Shown piece by piece: positions 38,011 through 48,630 of a stretch of DNA of 64,000 nucleotides; the stretch's first letter is position 1, and every line of letters starts with the position of its first letter. The stretch is from the NCBI GenBank assembly GCA_027031495.1, contig JALVQA010000013.1, positions 5,714-69,713 of the forward strand, in the 5' to 3' direction. This stretch comes from Candidatus Moraniibacteriota bacterium (GTDB taxonomy: Bacteria; Patescibacteriota; Minisyncoccia; Moranbacterales; GCA-2747515). The position numbers and the translations under genes are program-made. The notes beneath the pieces were generated by a model. The model did not search any database and was not told the DNA's origin. It saw nothing but the letters and a program-made list of their open reading frames with translations.

Positions 38011-39780
38011 TTAGAATGCACCGATATTACCACCATCTGTCGCCGCACCTTTTGCCGGAGAACCATCCTTGAGATGAAAATCCCCCGCCGCCGGATTGAC
38101 AAACTGCGGATCGCCAACAATCGTGTTAATGCCATCGTACGGCACCATATCACTGTCCCATTTATGTGCACCATTTTGCGGACCATTGATGAGGTTGTTT
38201 TCTATCTTGATATTCTTTGCAAGAAGATCCGCCTCACCGCCACCATATTGATCCTTTGCATAGGCAATCTGAAAGTCTGCACTGTCACTGATAATATTGT
38301 CATGGATTGCAACATTCTTAATATTAGCACTATAGATGTTAAGACCGCCACCAATCCATCCGCCATCTATGCCATGCCCACTGTGCACGATTGTGTTCTT
38401 GTAAATCTTAACATTTTCACGTGGACCATTTGCGCCAAAGCGTGAGATATAGATGCCATTGCCAGCATTGTTATACAGGAGATTATGGTGGAATGATATA
38501 TTTTTTGCAAGATCGGGGTTTTCAGAACTCAGCGCAAATCCCATAAAGCCGCATCCTCGCCCGATGTTGCTGTAAATTTCAATATCATGCAGTCCACCAA
38601 ATCCAGCGTCCACATAGTAACATTGTCGCGCAATATTTTCTACGAGGTTGTGATGCACTTTACCATTGCCACTATTCTCTTTTACGTCAATACCTTCTTT
38701 GTGAGAGTCGTGGATATGATTGTATGCAATTTCAAAATTTTGCACACCCATTGTGCTAATTGCTTCATGCGGCGCTTCTCCACCACCATAACCCGCCATT
38801 GCCATACTGTTGTCCGTCGCGCCGATAATCGTATTGTGTAAGATGCGCACATCATGCGGGTTCTGACAGCCGTTATTGGCAATGCTCAGTGTGTTAATGC
38901 CGGATGAAAAGGTATGTTTGGTTGTATTGCCGATAATATCCACGTGGTGTGCACTGCACACAGAAATGCCACTGCTTTGTGCATTGTGCACCTGCAAATT
39001 CTCAATACGAATATAGCTCACCCCATTGCTGATAAGAATCGCACCATAGTCACGATCATCAAGCGCAACGCTTCTGCCAGAAAAGTCCAGAATTACCGTT
39101 TCCCCTGGATAGCCGGCAAACGTAATCCACGCGTCCGGTGTGCCAGAGTTTTTCGGCTCCACGCGCTCTGTCAACTGGTATGTCCCATCGCGCACATAGA
39201 CGGTCTGCCCCGCTGTTAGTGTTTCTGCTGCATGCTGTAGCGTTGCCCACGGCTTGTCTTTTGTGCCGGGATTGCTATCAGAGCCATTTGGCGCGACATA
39301 AAATGCTCCCGCCACTTCCGGCTGTGGCGTATAGTTCTCCGCACCGTAGATACTCTCATCCATTACAGGCGGCTCTACATTGTCCGTGTCTGCCATAGTA
39401 GATGATGCTGTGCGTTGTGTTGTACCCGTATCAACAACAATCCTGTTTGCGCCGCCAATTGCAACAAGAGAACTACTACTGCCCCCGGTAGAGCTCCTTG
39501 TTGAAATACGAACATTGTTACTGCCGGTCCCTCCTCCGTTCGTTGTTGACGTATCCGTACCCACACTCGTCGTTGTACTTAATGGCGCTGTCGGTGCAAC
39601 TGGCACACCCATTGACTGCACCGTTCTTTGTAACGCCTGGACACGTGCCTGGAGTTGATCGTGCGTTTGCAAATCTGATTGCTGTGGCTGTGTAATAACA
39701 CCCTTCCCCACAAAATACGTCGTGATTAACGCTATGAGCGTAAGAACGATTTTTAATAATTGCTGTAGGATTGCTTGCAT
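38011..39780 (-). CDS. Membrane-anchored right-handed parallel beta-helix (pectin-lyase-fold) repeat protein
   Basis: 589 aa with an N-terminal TM helix, a T/S/G-rich linker, then many NxxI/H-rich beta-helix-like repeats (HNTIIG, HHNLVEN, HHNLLYNN, HDNIISD). Confidence 0.65.
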   Translation of the reverse strand: MQAILQQLLKIVLTLIALITTYFVGKGVITQPQQSDLQTHDQLQARVQALQRTVQSMGVPVAPTAPLSTTTSVGTDTSTTNGGGTGSNNVRISTRSSTGGSSSSLVAIGGANRIVVDTGTTQRTASSTMADTDNVEPPVMDESIYGAENYTPQPEVAGAFYVAPNGSDSNPGTKDKPWATLQHAAETLTAGQTVYVRDGTYQLTERVEPKNSGTPDAWITFAGYPGETVILDFSGRSVALDDRDYGAILISNGVSYIRIENLQVHNAQSSGISVCSAHHVDIIGNTTKHTFSSGINTLSIANNGCQNPHDVRILHNTIIGATDNSMAMAGYGGGEAPHEAISTMGVQNFEIAYNHIHDSHKEGIDVKENSGNGKVHHNLVENIARQCYYVDAGFGGLHDIEIYSNIGRGCGFMGFALSSENPDLAKNISFHHNLLYNNAGNGIYISRFGANGPRENVKIYKNTIVHSGHGIDGGWIGGGLNIYSANIKNVAIHDNIISDSADFQIAYAKDQYGGGEADLLAKNIKIENNLINGPQNGAHKWDSDMVPYDGINTIVGDPQFVNPAAGDFHLKDGSPAKGAATDGGNIGAF

Positions 39781-40345
39781 AAAGTATATTTTTGTTTATG
39801 TAAAAAAGTCTATCTCTATAATACATTAAGATGCACATCTGTGCCACATATACTACAACGTGTATCTAAAATTAAAAGCAATAAAAAGACAGAGCAGCGT
39901 ATCTTATTGTAAGAAAAAAAAGAAAGATAAAAGAAAAAAGTGAAAAGAAGTATAAAAAGCGCTTTCATCAAATCTTACATAGATATCATTATAGTACTTA
40001 CTATAGCTCTGTTTTTTTGTGTATTTTCTGGTTTTTTAAGTAATGCAACCGTTTTTTTGATTTCAAAGATAGAAAAAATCAAAAAATATTGTTGCGTGGC
40101 ACATCACCAGAAAATCTTATTTGCTTTTTTAATGAACTGCTTTTTTATGACAATACAAGTGCGTTGACTTGTTTACTCCTATTATACTACCATCTTTTAT
40201 TTTGTGCAATTTTGCCAAAAATACTTTTTATTGAATATCTTTTTGTGGCATAAATGCGCACACTCCTTTTTTACAAGCTGTCCATTTTGACTTTCATACC
40301 ATACTCACGTACCCTAAAAGTATACATTTGTAACAGTGCAACACC

Positions 40346-41593
40346 ATGTTAGAAAATATACGGCGTGATTTTCCCGTTCTCAGGCATCACAAAAAACTTA
40401 TCTATCTTGATACGGCAGCAAGTGCGCTCACACCACGACCTGTTATCGCGGCGGTGCGTGACTACTATGAGCACTGCAGCGCCAATGTCGCACGTGGCAT
40501 CTATGATCTCAGTGAAGCTGCAACTGCATCTTATGAAAACGCGCGTACGGAAGTTGCCACTTTTCTCGGCACACGTGCTGATAATATTGTTTTTACATCA
40601 GGTACAACCATGTCACTTAACATAGTTGCACACGGCCTTGCCCACACACTTACGCGCCGTGCCAACATCGTTGTAACCGCAATGGATCACCATGCAAATT
40701 TTGTGCCGTGGCAACAACTTGCGCACACCATCGGCTGCGATTTTCGCATTGTTAATATTACGAAGGATGGTGAGATTGACATGAATGACATGCGCGCAAA
40801 AATTGACAGACATACCGCCATTTTCGCATTTCCCTTTGTTTCCAATGTTCTCGGCACCATTACGCCCGCTGCCAACATCATTCAAACTGTCAAAACAATT
40901 AATCCGTCACTCCTTACAGTCGTTGATGCAGCACAAGCAGCGCCCCATATTACACTTGACGTAGAGCGCCTCGGCTGTGATTTTCTCGCATTTAGCGGGC
41001 ACAAACTTTACGGGCCAACCGGCATCGGCGTTCTCTACGGCACATCATCGGCACTTGCAACACTCTCGCCACTCTTTACAGGTGGTGAAATGGTGCACAC
41101 CGTAACGCAAACAGCAAGTACATTTAAAGCACCGCCTCACTGCTTTGAGGCCGGCACGCCACCGATTGCACAAGCGATCGGACTTGGACGCGCTGTGCGC
41201 TACCTCAAAGAAATTGGCATGGAAAATATAGAAGCACATGACCGCACACTTACCACATACGCGCTTACGCGTCTTCACACCACTTTTGATAACGACATTC
41301 TTACGGTCTATGGTCCACAAGCGCCACAGTCACGCAGTGGTCTCATCAGTCTTACACTTGCGCACATTCATCCACATGATATTGCCGATATTCTTAACAG
41401 CACGCACAATATCGCCGTACGTGCCGGCGCGCATTGTGCGCAACCGCTCCATACATGTCTTAATACACATGCAACAGTGCGTATGAGTTTCGGTGTCTAC
41501 ACGACACGCGCCGATATCGATGCGTTTATCGACGGCCTCAAAGATGTGCTAAAAATCTTTCACAGAAATAAATACTCTACTTCTCACTCTTAG
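40346..41593 (+). CDS. sufS: Cysteine desulfurase (SufS/NifS class V aminotransferase)
   Basis: 415 aa with PLP-lysine motif SGHKLYGPTGIG and catalytic Cys in RAGAHCAQP. Confidence 0.9.
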   Translation: MLENIRRDFPVLRHHKKLIYLDTAASALTPRPVIAAVRDYYEHCSANVARGIYDLSEAATASYENARTEVATFLGTRADNIVFTSGTTMSLNIVAHGLAHTLTRRANIVVTAMDHHANFVPWQQLAHTIGCDFRIVNITKDGEIDMNDMRAKIDRHTAIFAFPFVSNVLGTITPAANIIQTVKTINPSLLTVVDAAQAAPHITLDVERLGCDFLAFSGHKLYGPTGIGVLYGTSSALATLSPLFTGGEMVHTVTQTASTFKAPPHCFEAGTPPIAQAIGLGRAVRYLKEIGMENIEAHDRTLTTYALTRLHTTFDNDILTVYGPQAPQSRSGLISLTLAHIHPHDIADILNSTHNIAVRAGAHCAQPLHTCLNTHATVRMSFGVYTTRADIDAFIDGLKDVLKIFHRNKYSTSHS

Positions 41594-42701
41594 AAAGAGA
41601 TGTGTCAATTTCTTTCGCAAGAATATTGTATGTTTGTACACCATCAAAACGTTGCGTCCCAATAAAGAGTACAGGCACCGCTGTTACACCGAATTGATTA
41701 AAGAGATGATCATCTGTGTCAATGTACGCAGAAAGTGTATTTTCATCAGCAAGACATGCATCAAAAGTATTTAGGTCAAGATTGCTAAGACGCGCATACG
41801 TCATACGCACAGCATCAGCATCTTTTACCGCACGCCATGCTACAATACGCGAAAAAATACGCGCCATATACGCTTGCGCTTTTTTCTGCTCATGTGCACA
41901 TATAAGTCCAGCATGGAGTGCGTCAGCTTGTGCTGTCTGCCGTGCAAAGTGGTAGACAATGCGCAGTTTCCGCGCACCGTATTTTTTATAAAGAGCGTTG
42001 AGTACTGTATACTGCGTCGCGCAAAGAGCACAGTCCAATCCCATAAATGCGTGTATGGTGACAGATGCATCATCACTGCCTATGGATATACCACTATCTG
42101 TCGGCGGAGCACTCTTGTAGTGCCGTGGTATAATGCCAGCCATGCTGTATGGATAAAAAGTTGCACTATTACCCTTTCGCATAAAAAATTGACGTGCCCT
42201 TTTGTAGAAATTTGTTTGTACAATCGTATCGTCAAACACAACTGCCGGCGCTGCTACAATACCATGCTCGCGTGCCCACTGAACATCATCCTCTCTTGCT
42301 ATATCACGCACACCAACCACAAAAGCCGTTGGTACGTATACATCAACATACGTGCGCACTTTTTCAAGAAATGCCTTACATTTATCGCACTGCGTGTCTG
42401 TCACAAGCGTCATTGCAACCGGCGATTCATCATAACGTACGAATGTACGCCCATTGTATGTAATAACTTTCTGGTCAGTATGAAAAAGTGCAAATTCTCG
42501 CGTAAGGCGAGTGATTGTGTATATGCTGTAAATAATCCATATAAACGCTACAAGAAAAATTGCACACACTACGCCATACCAAAGATACTTCTGTAGAAGT
42601 CTGTTGTTATTACGCAAGATATCTTTTACTTTTCTGTAGGCATCACAGAAGAAAAGCACTAGCTTTTCTTTTAACGCTATCAATTTTTTATACCTTGCCA
42701 T
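41577..42701 (-). CDS. Membrane-anchored thiol:disulfide oxidoreductase with two DsbA/thioredoxin-like domains
   Basis: 374 aa with an N-terminal TM helix and two CxxC motifs (CDKC, CALC) in thioredoxin-like contexts. Confidence 0.55.
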   Translation of the reverse strand: MARYKKLIALKEKLVLFFCDAYRKVKDILRNNNRLLQKYLWYGVVCAIFLVAFIWIIYSIYTITRLTREFALFHTDQKVITYNGRTFVRYDESPVAMTLVTDTQCDKCKAFLEKVRTYVDVYVPTAFVVGVRDIAREDDVQWAREHGIVAAPAVVFDDTIVQTNFYKRARQFFMRKGNSATFYPYSMAGIIPRHYKSAPPTDSGISIGSDDASVTIHAFMGLDCALCATQYTVLNALYKKYGARKLRIVYHFARQTAQADALHAGLICAHEQKKAQAYMARIFSRIVAWRAVKDADAVRMTYARLSNLDLNTFDACLADENTLSAYIDTDDHLFNQFGVTAVPVLFIGTQRFDGVQTYNILAKEIDTSLSKSEK

Positions 42702-42788
42702 GAAGCTTAAACTAAAACAACACTCTCACGGTACTACACTTTTTACTAGACTGCAATACTATTTATGCTAGGATAGAGAAAGATTTAT

Positions 42789-43415
42789 GTGACATGCGCT
42801 CCTATGAAAAATATGACGTTATATACATTTTTTCTCTTTCTATTTGCTACACTTATTCCATCCATCGTTGGTGCTGCAGCATGGTGGGGTGAAGGGTATA
42901 GACCACCGGCATGGGTTCTGTCACATGGTGGTACAATCATCCGCTACACCATTCACAATGGCAATCCCGATAAATACAAGGCAATAATGTACCGCAATGG
43001 TGCATATGTTGAGATAGAATTTGGCAAGAAAGCAATTTTTGACGATGCAAAAAACGGTCTTTATACAATTGTTTTCTACAAATGCCACGAGAGTTGTCGT
43101 CATCATAAATTTCACAAAAAGCAAAAATTGCGCTCAAAAGATAAGAAAGTTGCGCAACTGTCCGTTTATGCACGCCCCGGTGAAACAATTGACATTTCTT
43201 TTAATGCTAAAGCAAAACGTGCTACCATTATCAGTCGCAGCACACACGCACACCAAAATACAAGGACATCTAACCAAAAGAGAGATATCCTCTCTCTCAA
43301 AGGACGTACGCAACCTATTCATCCAGATAACACATCAAACAAGAGCACACCACATTCCACGACACACGTCCTTCAGCAACACACCTTTCCACACATAATC
43401 CTTACATCAAAATAG
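42789..43415 (+). CDS. Secreted hypothetical protein
   Basis: 208 aa. A signal peptide follows an internal Met (MKNMTLYTFFLFLFATLIPSIVGAAAW; alternative start near 42804). Confidence 0.4.
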   Translation: MTCAPMKNMTLYTFFLFLFATLIPSIVGAAAWWGEGYRPPAWVLSHGGTIIRYTIHNGNPDKYKAIMYRNGAYVEIEFGKKAIFDDAKNGLYTIVFYKCHESCRHHKFHKKQKLRSKDKKVAQLSVYARPGETIDISFNAKAKRATIISRSTHAHQNTRTSNQKRDILSLKGRTQPIHPDNTSNKSTPHSTTHVLQQHTFPHIILTSK

Positions 43416-43418
43416 CTT

Positions 43419-43784
43419 ATGCATGCTTATCAGGACAACATCTTGGATCACTATCACAATCCGCGTTATGCCGGTACACTCACACACCCAACACATGTAG
43501 CCGACGGACATAATGCTCAGTGCGGTGACACAATGCACATTGTCTTGCGCGTTGACAATGGTGTCATTGCCGATGCGGCGTTCAGTGGTGAGGGTTGCGC
43601 CATATCACAAGCGACCGCCTCAATGCTTCTTGAACATGTCGTGCAAAAACCGGTAGATGTTTTGGCAAATATGGATGCGTCTGCTATGCTGGAATTGTTG
43701 GGAGCAGAACTCTCCCCCGCGCGTCTCAAATGCGCTCTCCTTGCGCTCGAGACCGCGCACAAAGCTCTAAAAAATGAAGTGTAA
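43419..43784 (+). CDS. sufU: SufU/IscU-like Fe-S cluster assembly scaffold/sulfur transfer protein
   Basis: 121 aa with the NifU-N-like motifs HYHNPRYAG ... CGDTM ... GEGCAIS. Confidence 0.75.
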   Translation: MHAYQDNILDHYHNPRYAGTLTHPTHVADGHNAQCGDTMHIVLRVDNGVIADAAFSGEGCAISQATASMLLEHVVQKPVDVLANMDASAMLELLGAELSPARLKCALLALETAHKALKNEV

Positions 43785-43789
43785 AAAAT

Positions 43790-44053
43790 ATGAATCCACG
43801 TGATCCACAGAAGCCATTTGGCCCCGTTGTCGTTGGCGACCTTGAAATTACCGTTGATAAAGATGTGTGCATTGGTGCAAGTGCATGTATCGCAATGGCA
43901 GCGCACACATACGCGCTTGATAATGATGGCAAAGCTGTCATTCTCGACTCAGCAGATCAAGATAGCGAAGAAGCTATCATTGATTCTGCACGCGCATGCC
44001 CTGTTCAGGCCATCAAGATTAAACGCGTCTCCACCGGTGAAGAGATTGTGTAA
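43790..44053 (+). CDS. Small ferredoxin-like protein (single [4Fe-4S]-type cluster domain)
   Basis: 87 aa with CIGASAC ... ACPVQAI Cys spacing, consistent with a Fer4_13-type ferredoxin. Confidence 0.55.
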   Translation: MNPRDPQKPFGPVVVGDLEITVDKDVCIGASACIAMAAHTYALDNDGKAVILDSADQDSEEAIIDSARACPVQAIKIKRVSTGEEIV

Positions 44054-44071
44054 TACGTCACGCTTTTTATC

Positions 44072-44404
44072 ATGGACAAAAGAGAGGAAAAAGCTAACAA
44101 AGATACGCTAAAAAAACATGTCCGTGAAGCGCTGGCGCGTGTGATTGATCCGGAGCTTAATATCCCTATTACGGACATGGGCCTTGTTTATGGTATAGAT
44201 ATACGTGATGATACTACCGCTGTCATTACGATTACACTCACAACAATCGGCTGTCCTCTCTACGAGACGATTCATGAAGATATTACGCGTGCTGTCAAAG
44301 CCATACCCGGCATTAAAGATGTTGAGATTGATCTTACATTTGATCCGCCATGGCATCCGGAAATGATGAGTGATAGTGCCAAAGCAGAGCTTGGCCTTAT
44401 CTGA
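44072..44404 (+). CDS. sufT: DUF59/MIP18-family Fe-S assembly protein (SufT-like)
   Basis: 110 aa with RVIDPELNIPITDMGLVYGI ... TTIGCPL, the hallmark of the DUF59 family. Confidence 0.75.
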   Translation: MDKREEKANKDTLKKHVREALARVIDPELNIPITDMGLVYGIDIRDDTTAVITITLTTIGCPLYETIHEDITRAVKAIPGIKDVEIDLTFDPPWHPEMMSDSAKAELGLI

Positions 44405-44433
44405 CGAGAAATGCATACATGACAGCAAAACAA

Positions 44434-44462
44434 AAAACGAATACTGCATGTATTCGTTTTTT
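44434..44462. terminator. Bidirectional intrinsic terminator
   Basis: aaaaaacgaatac tgca tgtattcgtttttt: an 8-bp stem with A- and T-runs on either side, between the convergent sufT and korB. Confidence 0.5.
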
Positions 44463-44479
44463 ATTGAGATAAAATACTT

Positions 44480-45358
44480 CTATCGTTTCATTGCGAGTAG
44501 CGCCTTAACCGCCGCAACCTGTGGCTTGCGCTCATAGAGCGGACGCTTATCATCATCATAAACACCGACTTCATCCTCAAAGACAGCACGTGTATCGGTA
44601 CGATAGAAAATGCCGAGGCCGTAGCGACCCTCTTCCGTTGCACGCGCAAACGCAGCCATACGATCAGTTGGATCATAATCATCGTCGAGAAAATACGTAT
44701 GCTCCTTAAACCATTGATACGTATTTACTTTGTTAAAAACGACACATGGCTGAAATATATCAACAAGCGAGAAACCCTTGTGCGCAATCGCAGCTGCGAT
44801 TGTTTCTCTCATATGTTGCGGTTCTCCCGCACTTGTCCGCGCAACAAACGGCGCATCAAGACTGATCGCAAGTGCAAGCGGATTGATCGGATCAACATAG
44901 ACGCCTCGTGGCTGTATGGGTGTTACAAGACCTTCTTCGGATGTTGGTGACGCCTGTCCTTTCGTTAGTCCGTAAATCATATTGTCATGCACGAGAACAG
45001 TAATGTCAGGATTACGTCGTATTGTGTGAATAAGGTGGTTGCCACCCTCACCGTACACATCACCATCACCGCTTGTAACAACAACCGTCAGGTGGGGATT
45101 GGCAGCTTTGATACCGGTTGCAACAGGCAAGGCACGTCCATGAAGACCATTGAAATAGTGGCACTTGAGATACTGCGGCAGTTTTCCTGCTTGCCCAATA
45201 CCGGAAACAAGTGTCAACATGCGCTGATCAACACCGGCATCAGCCAATGCACCTTTGATAACGCGTAAAATGGGAAAGTTGCCACACCCTGGACACCACG
45301 CAATATCTGTCTGCGGTGGCATGTCAAATACGTTTTCTTGCAATGATTGATTAAGCAT
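44480..45358 (-). CDS. korB: 2-oxoacid:ferredoxin oxidoreductase, beta (TPP-binding) subunit
   Basis: 292 aa starting with CPGCG and carrying a TPP-binding GDG ... N fold (TSGDGD). Confidence 0.9.
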   Translation of the reverse strand: MLNQSLQENVFDMPPQTDIAWCPGCGNFPILRVIKGALADAGVDQRMLTLVSGIGQAGKLPQYLKCHYFNGLHGRALPVATGIKAANPHLTVVVTSGDGDVYGEGGNHLIHTIRRNPDITVLVHDNMIYGLTKGQASPTSEEGLVTPIQPRGVYVDPINPLALAISLDAPFVARTSAGEPQHMRETIAAAIAHKGFSLVDIFQPCVVFNKVNTYQWFKEHTYFLDDDYDPTDRMAAFARATEEGRYGLGIFYRTDTRAVFEDEVGVYDDDKRPLYERKPQVAAVKALLAMKR

Positions 45359-45361
45359 ATA

Positions 45362-47101
45362 TTATAGTTGTGTAATATGATTTATAACTTCTTCCACAGT
45401 AAACGGCGCGCCGTTGTACTTTGCGATACGCGTATCAACTTTTATACCCAGATCACGCTCGAGAAGATCCGCAAACTGTCCCGTTACATTATTTTCCATC
45501 ACCGCAATTTTCTCCAAGCCGTCGAGCATTTCTTTTACACGTGGGTTAAGCGGATAGACTTGCGCAAAGTGCACTGCAATCACATCGTCTCTCTCCGTAT
45601 GCGCAAGCGCTTCTTGAGCGACCGCGCGATTTGACCCCCACACAATCAATGCTTTTTTTGCACTCCCATCACACGCGCCGCTACACGACGGCATCAATGC
45701 CTCTTGCGCAAGCGCTTCAAGACGTTTACGTCGCTTCTGCACCATCTGCACACGTACATCAAGGTCCTCCGTTATATGGCCGCTTTCATCGTGCTCGTCA
45801 CTATCTGCACACACAAAACCGTAGCCATAGCCCGGAATGCCACGTGGCGTAATGCCATTTTCCGTCAAAGCATATCGCTTATATCCTTGATCTGTCTCCA
45901 CAATATGCTTCTTGATCGGCATAAACGTAAAATCATCCTCATGTGCAAGCGCAAGTGAATCCATAAAATACTGATCTGTCAAAATAAATGTCGGTATTTG
46001 ATATGCATCTGCCAGCGCAACCGCACGCTGTGTACAGACAAACGCTTCCGCCGTCGTCCCCGGTGCAAAGATTGCACGCGCAAACTCGCCATGTCCCGCA
46101 TGGAGGACGAGATTAAGATCTTCCTGCGCTGTTCGTGTCGGCAAACCTGTTGCCGGTCCCGGACGCTGTGCAATGTGCACTGTCACCGGCGTCTCCGTCA
46201 TCGCAGCAAGGGAAACCGCTTCTTCCATCAGCGCAAAGCCACCACCGCTCGTTGTAATAATCGGTCGTGCACCAGCATACGATGCACCAAGTGACATGTT
46301 TATCGCACCGATCTCATCCGTTGCCTGCTCTACTACAACACCACATTCTTTGCCGTGTTGAGCGATATACGTCAATACACCCGTTGACGGCGACATTGGA
46401 TATGATGTACAAAAATCAACACCACCGGCAAGCGCGCCAAGACCAACCGCCTCATAACCTGCCATAAAAACATGTTTTTTGTTATCTTCTTTTTGCGTAC
46501 GGGCAACAGTGTCAATCTGAATATTTTGCGAGAACACCGCATGAGAACCATGTTTGTACCCACGTTCCAGAGCTGTAATATTATGCGTAATAACATCCTG
46601 CCCCTTACTCACAAAAAGCGTCTGCAACGCGTCACGCGCACCATCTAATGGCACATCAAGTAGCGCAAGAATTGCGCCCGCCGCAACTGTATTTGCATAA
46701 ACACTTCGTCCAATATCACTAGCAATCTCACGTAGCGGAATAGTTACAATGTTTTTACACGCCGCAGAACACTGACACATATCCGCCACATGTTTGTCAC
46801 CGATGATAACTGTCTTATCCGTTAAACGCGAACAATATCGCTCAAATGCGTGTCCATCAAGTGCAACGAACACGTCAACACGCTCCACAGGCGCAGCAAT
46901 CGACGCATCAGCTATGCGAACTTGCGTACTGTTGACACCGCCACGTACGCGTGACATGTACTCTCGCGTCGCAAAAACGGAAAAACCTTCCTCTTTAAAC
47001 GCACGCGTAAGAATCTTCTCAATTGTCATAATACCCTGTCCGGCCTGTCCGGCAAGAAGAATGGAGACGTCGTGAGATTCTTTTTTCGTATAGTTTGTCA
47101 T
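45362..47101 (-). CDS. korA: 2-oxoacid:ferredoxin oxidoreductase, fused gamma/alpha subunit
   Basis: 579 aa with an N-terminal PorG-like domain (LAGQAGQGI) followed by the alpha-subunit core; operonic with korB. Confidence 0.9.
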   Translation of the reverse strand: MTNYTKKESHDVSILLAGQAGQGIMTIEKILTRAFKEEGFSVFATREYMSRVRGGVNSTQVRIADASIAAPVERVDVFVALDGHAFERYCSRLTDKTVIIGDKHVADMCQCSAACKNIVTIPLREIASDIGRSVYANTVAAGAILALLDVPLDGARDALQTLFVSKGQDVITHNITALERGYKHGSHAVFSQNIQIDTVARTQKEDNKKHVFMAGYEAVGLGALAGGVDFCTSYPMSPSTGVLTYIAQHGKECGVVVEQATDEIGAINMSLGASYAGARPIITTSGGGFALMEEAVSLAAMTETPVTVHIAQRPGPATGLPTRTAQEDLNLVLHAGHGEFARAIFAPGTTAEAFVCTQRAVALADAYQIPTFILTDQYFMDSLALAHEDDFTFMPIKKHIVETDQGYKRYALTENGITPRGIPGYGYGFVCADSDEHDESGHITEDLDVRVQMVQKRRKRLEALAQEALMPSCSGACDGSAKKALIVWGSNRAVAQEALAHTERDDVIAVHFAQVYPLNPRVKEMLDGLEKIAVMENNVTGQFADLLERDLGIKVDTRIAKYNGAPFTVEEVINHITQL

Positions 47102-47129
47102 AATAAAATGCGTTTTTAAAACAAAATAA

Positions 47130-48629
47130 CTAATTCATATATATTGAGAAATGTGGCGCTGATATATGATTACCAAGATCATTACCTCTCTTGTCTGTAC
47201 CTATCACATTTTTCCGTGGCACGCCCGCTTTGATAAGCGCCTCAGCCTCTTTCTTAGTTTTAACCTCATACACAGGACGTAAACCAGCTTTTTCTGCGGC
47301 CTCAATAAATTTTTTAATATTTTCCGGTGTTGGTTGCGTCCCACCGGTGAAGTTCGCATCAATGCACGTTCCATTTTGATGACATTTATCATAGTGCTTA
47401 ACTGTCGGTGGCCATGCTTCTGTAATATGCCAATCAATACTCTCTTCGTCTAATTTCATTTCTAAACCCTCAAGACGTGCCGCAAGAACCGAATTGACAG
47501 CACAGTCATTTACGTCACCCTTACATGCACCTCTCTTCACTGGAAGACCATGCTCTGCAAGTTTTGTGCCATTTTCAAGTTGTGTAGAAGGGACCACCGT
47601 ATCACCACCAGTATTGGCATTGCCTGTGCCGCCGGCATTGGCATTGCCTGTGCCGCCGGCAGCTCTCTCGCGACTTATATCATCGGAAACAGCAGTAAGT
47701 TTCTCAAGATTTTCCGCAATACCGACAAGGTCGGGATTGATCGTAAAGAGAATGACCCACGAAAAGAATGCAAGAAGAAGACCAAGTGTTGCATCCGTAA
47801 TCATTTTCTTTGCGCTACCGGCCGTCGCTTGATTGCCGGCGCTAAAAATATACGTAATGCCACCAATCGTCATCATGAAAAGTGCTGCCAAGCCAACAAT
47901 TGCAATACCAACATTAAAGATAAACTTAAGGAAATTTGGCAATTTTGCATTTTCCTTACTGATGAACATACTCTCCAACGGCTCATAATCGTAACGGCCA
48001 TTGAGAATGATTGTTGAATTAACAATGATACCTGTAGCTTTTTCTACACCTTCTCTCAAGTTTTTACTCTTTGAAACATCAACAAACGTGCAATCATTTG
48101 AGTTAAAACCAGTAGTATGAGTCCACCCATAACTTTTACAGCTATCAAGATCCTTAAAACAGTTAATAGCGCTGTCTTCTTTAAAACAATATGCCTCAGT
48201 TTGTTTTACGCACGTTGCTGCTACACCACTGTTTTCACATTCTTTAATAGTGTCAAAACACCTTCCAGAAGCCATAGCATTGTTACACCATACCTCCCCG
48301 GTCGGCTTTCCATACTCCTTAGCATGTGCATCAGCTTCAAATATGTTTATGCATTTGCTATCATTACACAGATCAGCAGATTGATAACACGCAAACCCAT
48401 TGTCTATAAATTTGCAAAATTTCATTCCCTCCTTTTCTGCAAAAGCACGCTGATCATCAACTTTCTGACATGTAGCACTATTACATTGTTCTTTTTGTGC
48501 GTAACAGAACAGTGAAACATCTGTTTTTACACAGTACGCCTCTGCATGTGCACTCTGTGGCACGAGGAACACAAAGCCACTCACAAGCACTGTGAGTGCA
48601 AGAGATAGACTTCCAAGAATGTGACGCAT
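47130..48629 (-). CDS. Secreted cysteine-rich membrane protein with a two-helix hydrophobic hairpin (VirB2/TrbC-pilin-like topology), hypothetical
   Basis: About 500 aa from an internal Met (MRHILGSLSLALTVLVSGFVFLVPQSAHA). It has a Cys-rich ectodomain (about 24 Cys), two adjacent TM helices and a C-terminal globular domain. Confidence 0.55.
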   Translation of the reverse strand: MRHILGSLSLALTVLVSGFVFLVPQSAHAEAYCVKTDVSLFCYAQKEQCNSATCQKVDDQRAFAEKEGMKFCKFIDNGFACYQSADLCNDSKCINIFEADAHAKEYGKPTGEVWCNNAMASGRCFDTIKECENSGVAATCVKQTEAYCFKEDSAINCFKDLDSCKSYGWTHTTGFNSNDCTFVDVSKSKNLREGVEKATGIIVNSTIILNGRYDYEPLESMFISKENAKLPNFLKFIFNVGIAIVGLAALFMMTIGGITYIFSAGNQATAGSAKKMITDATLGLLLAFFSWVILFTINPDLVGIAENLEKLTAVSDDISRERAAGGTGNANAGGTGNANTGGDTVVPSTQLENGTKLAEHGLPVKRGACKGDVNDCAVNSVLAARLEGLEMKLDEESIDWHITEAWPPTVKHYDKCHQNGTCIDANFTGGTQPTPENIKKFIEAAEKAGLRPVYEVKTKKEAEALIKAGVPRKNVIGTDKRGNDLGNHISAPHFSIYMN

Positions 48630-48630
48630 A

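Noticed and set aside
41874-42596. 240-aa plus-strand Cys-rich ORF antisense to the DsbA-like gene
   Set aside because: Composition typical of an antisense artefact (C/Y/H/K-rich, no hydrophobic core); the minus-strand frame carries two thioredoxin CxxC contexts and a TM anchor.
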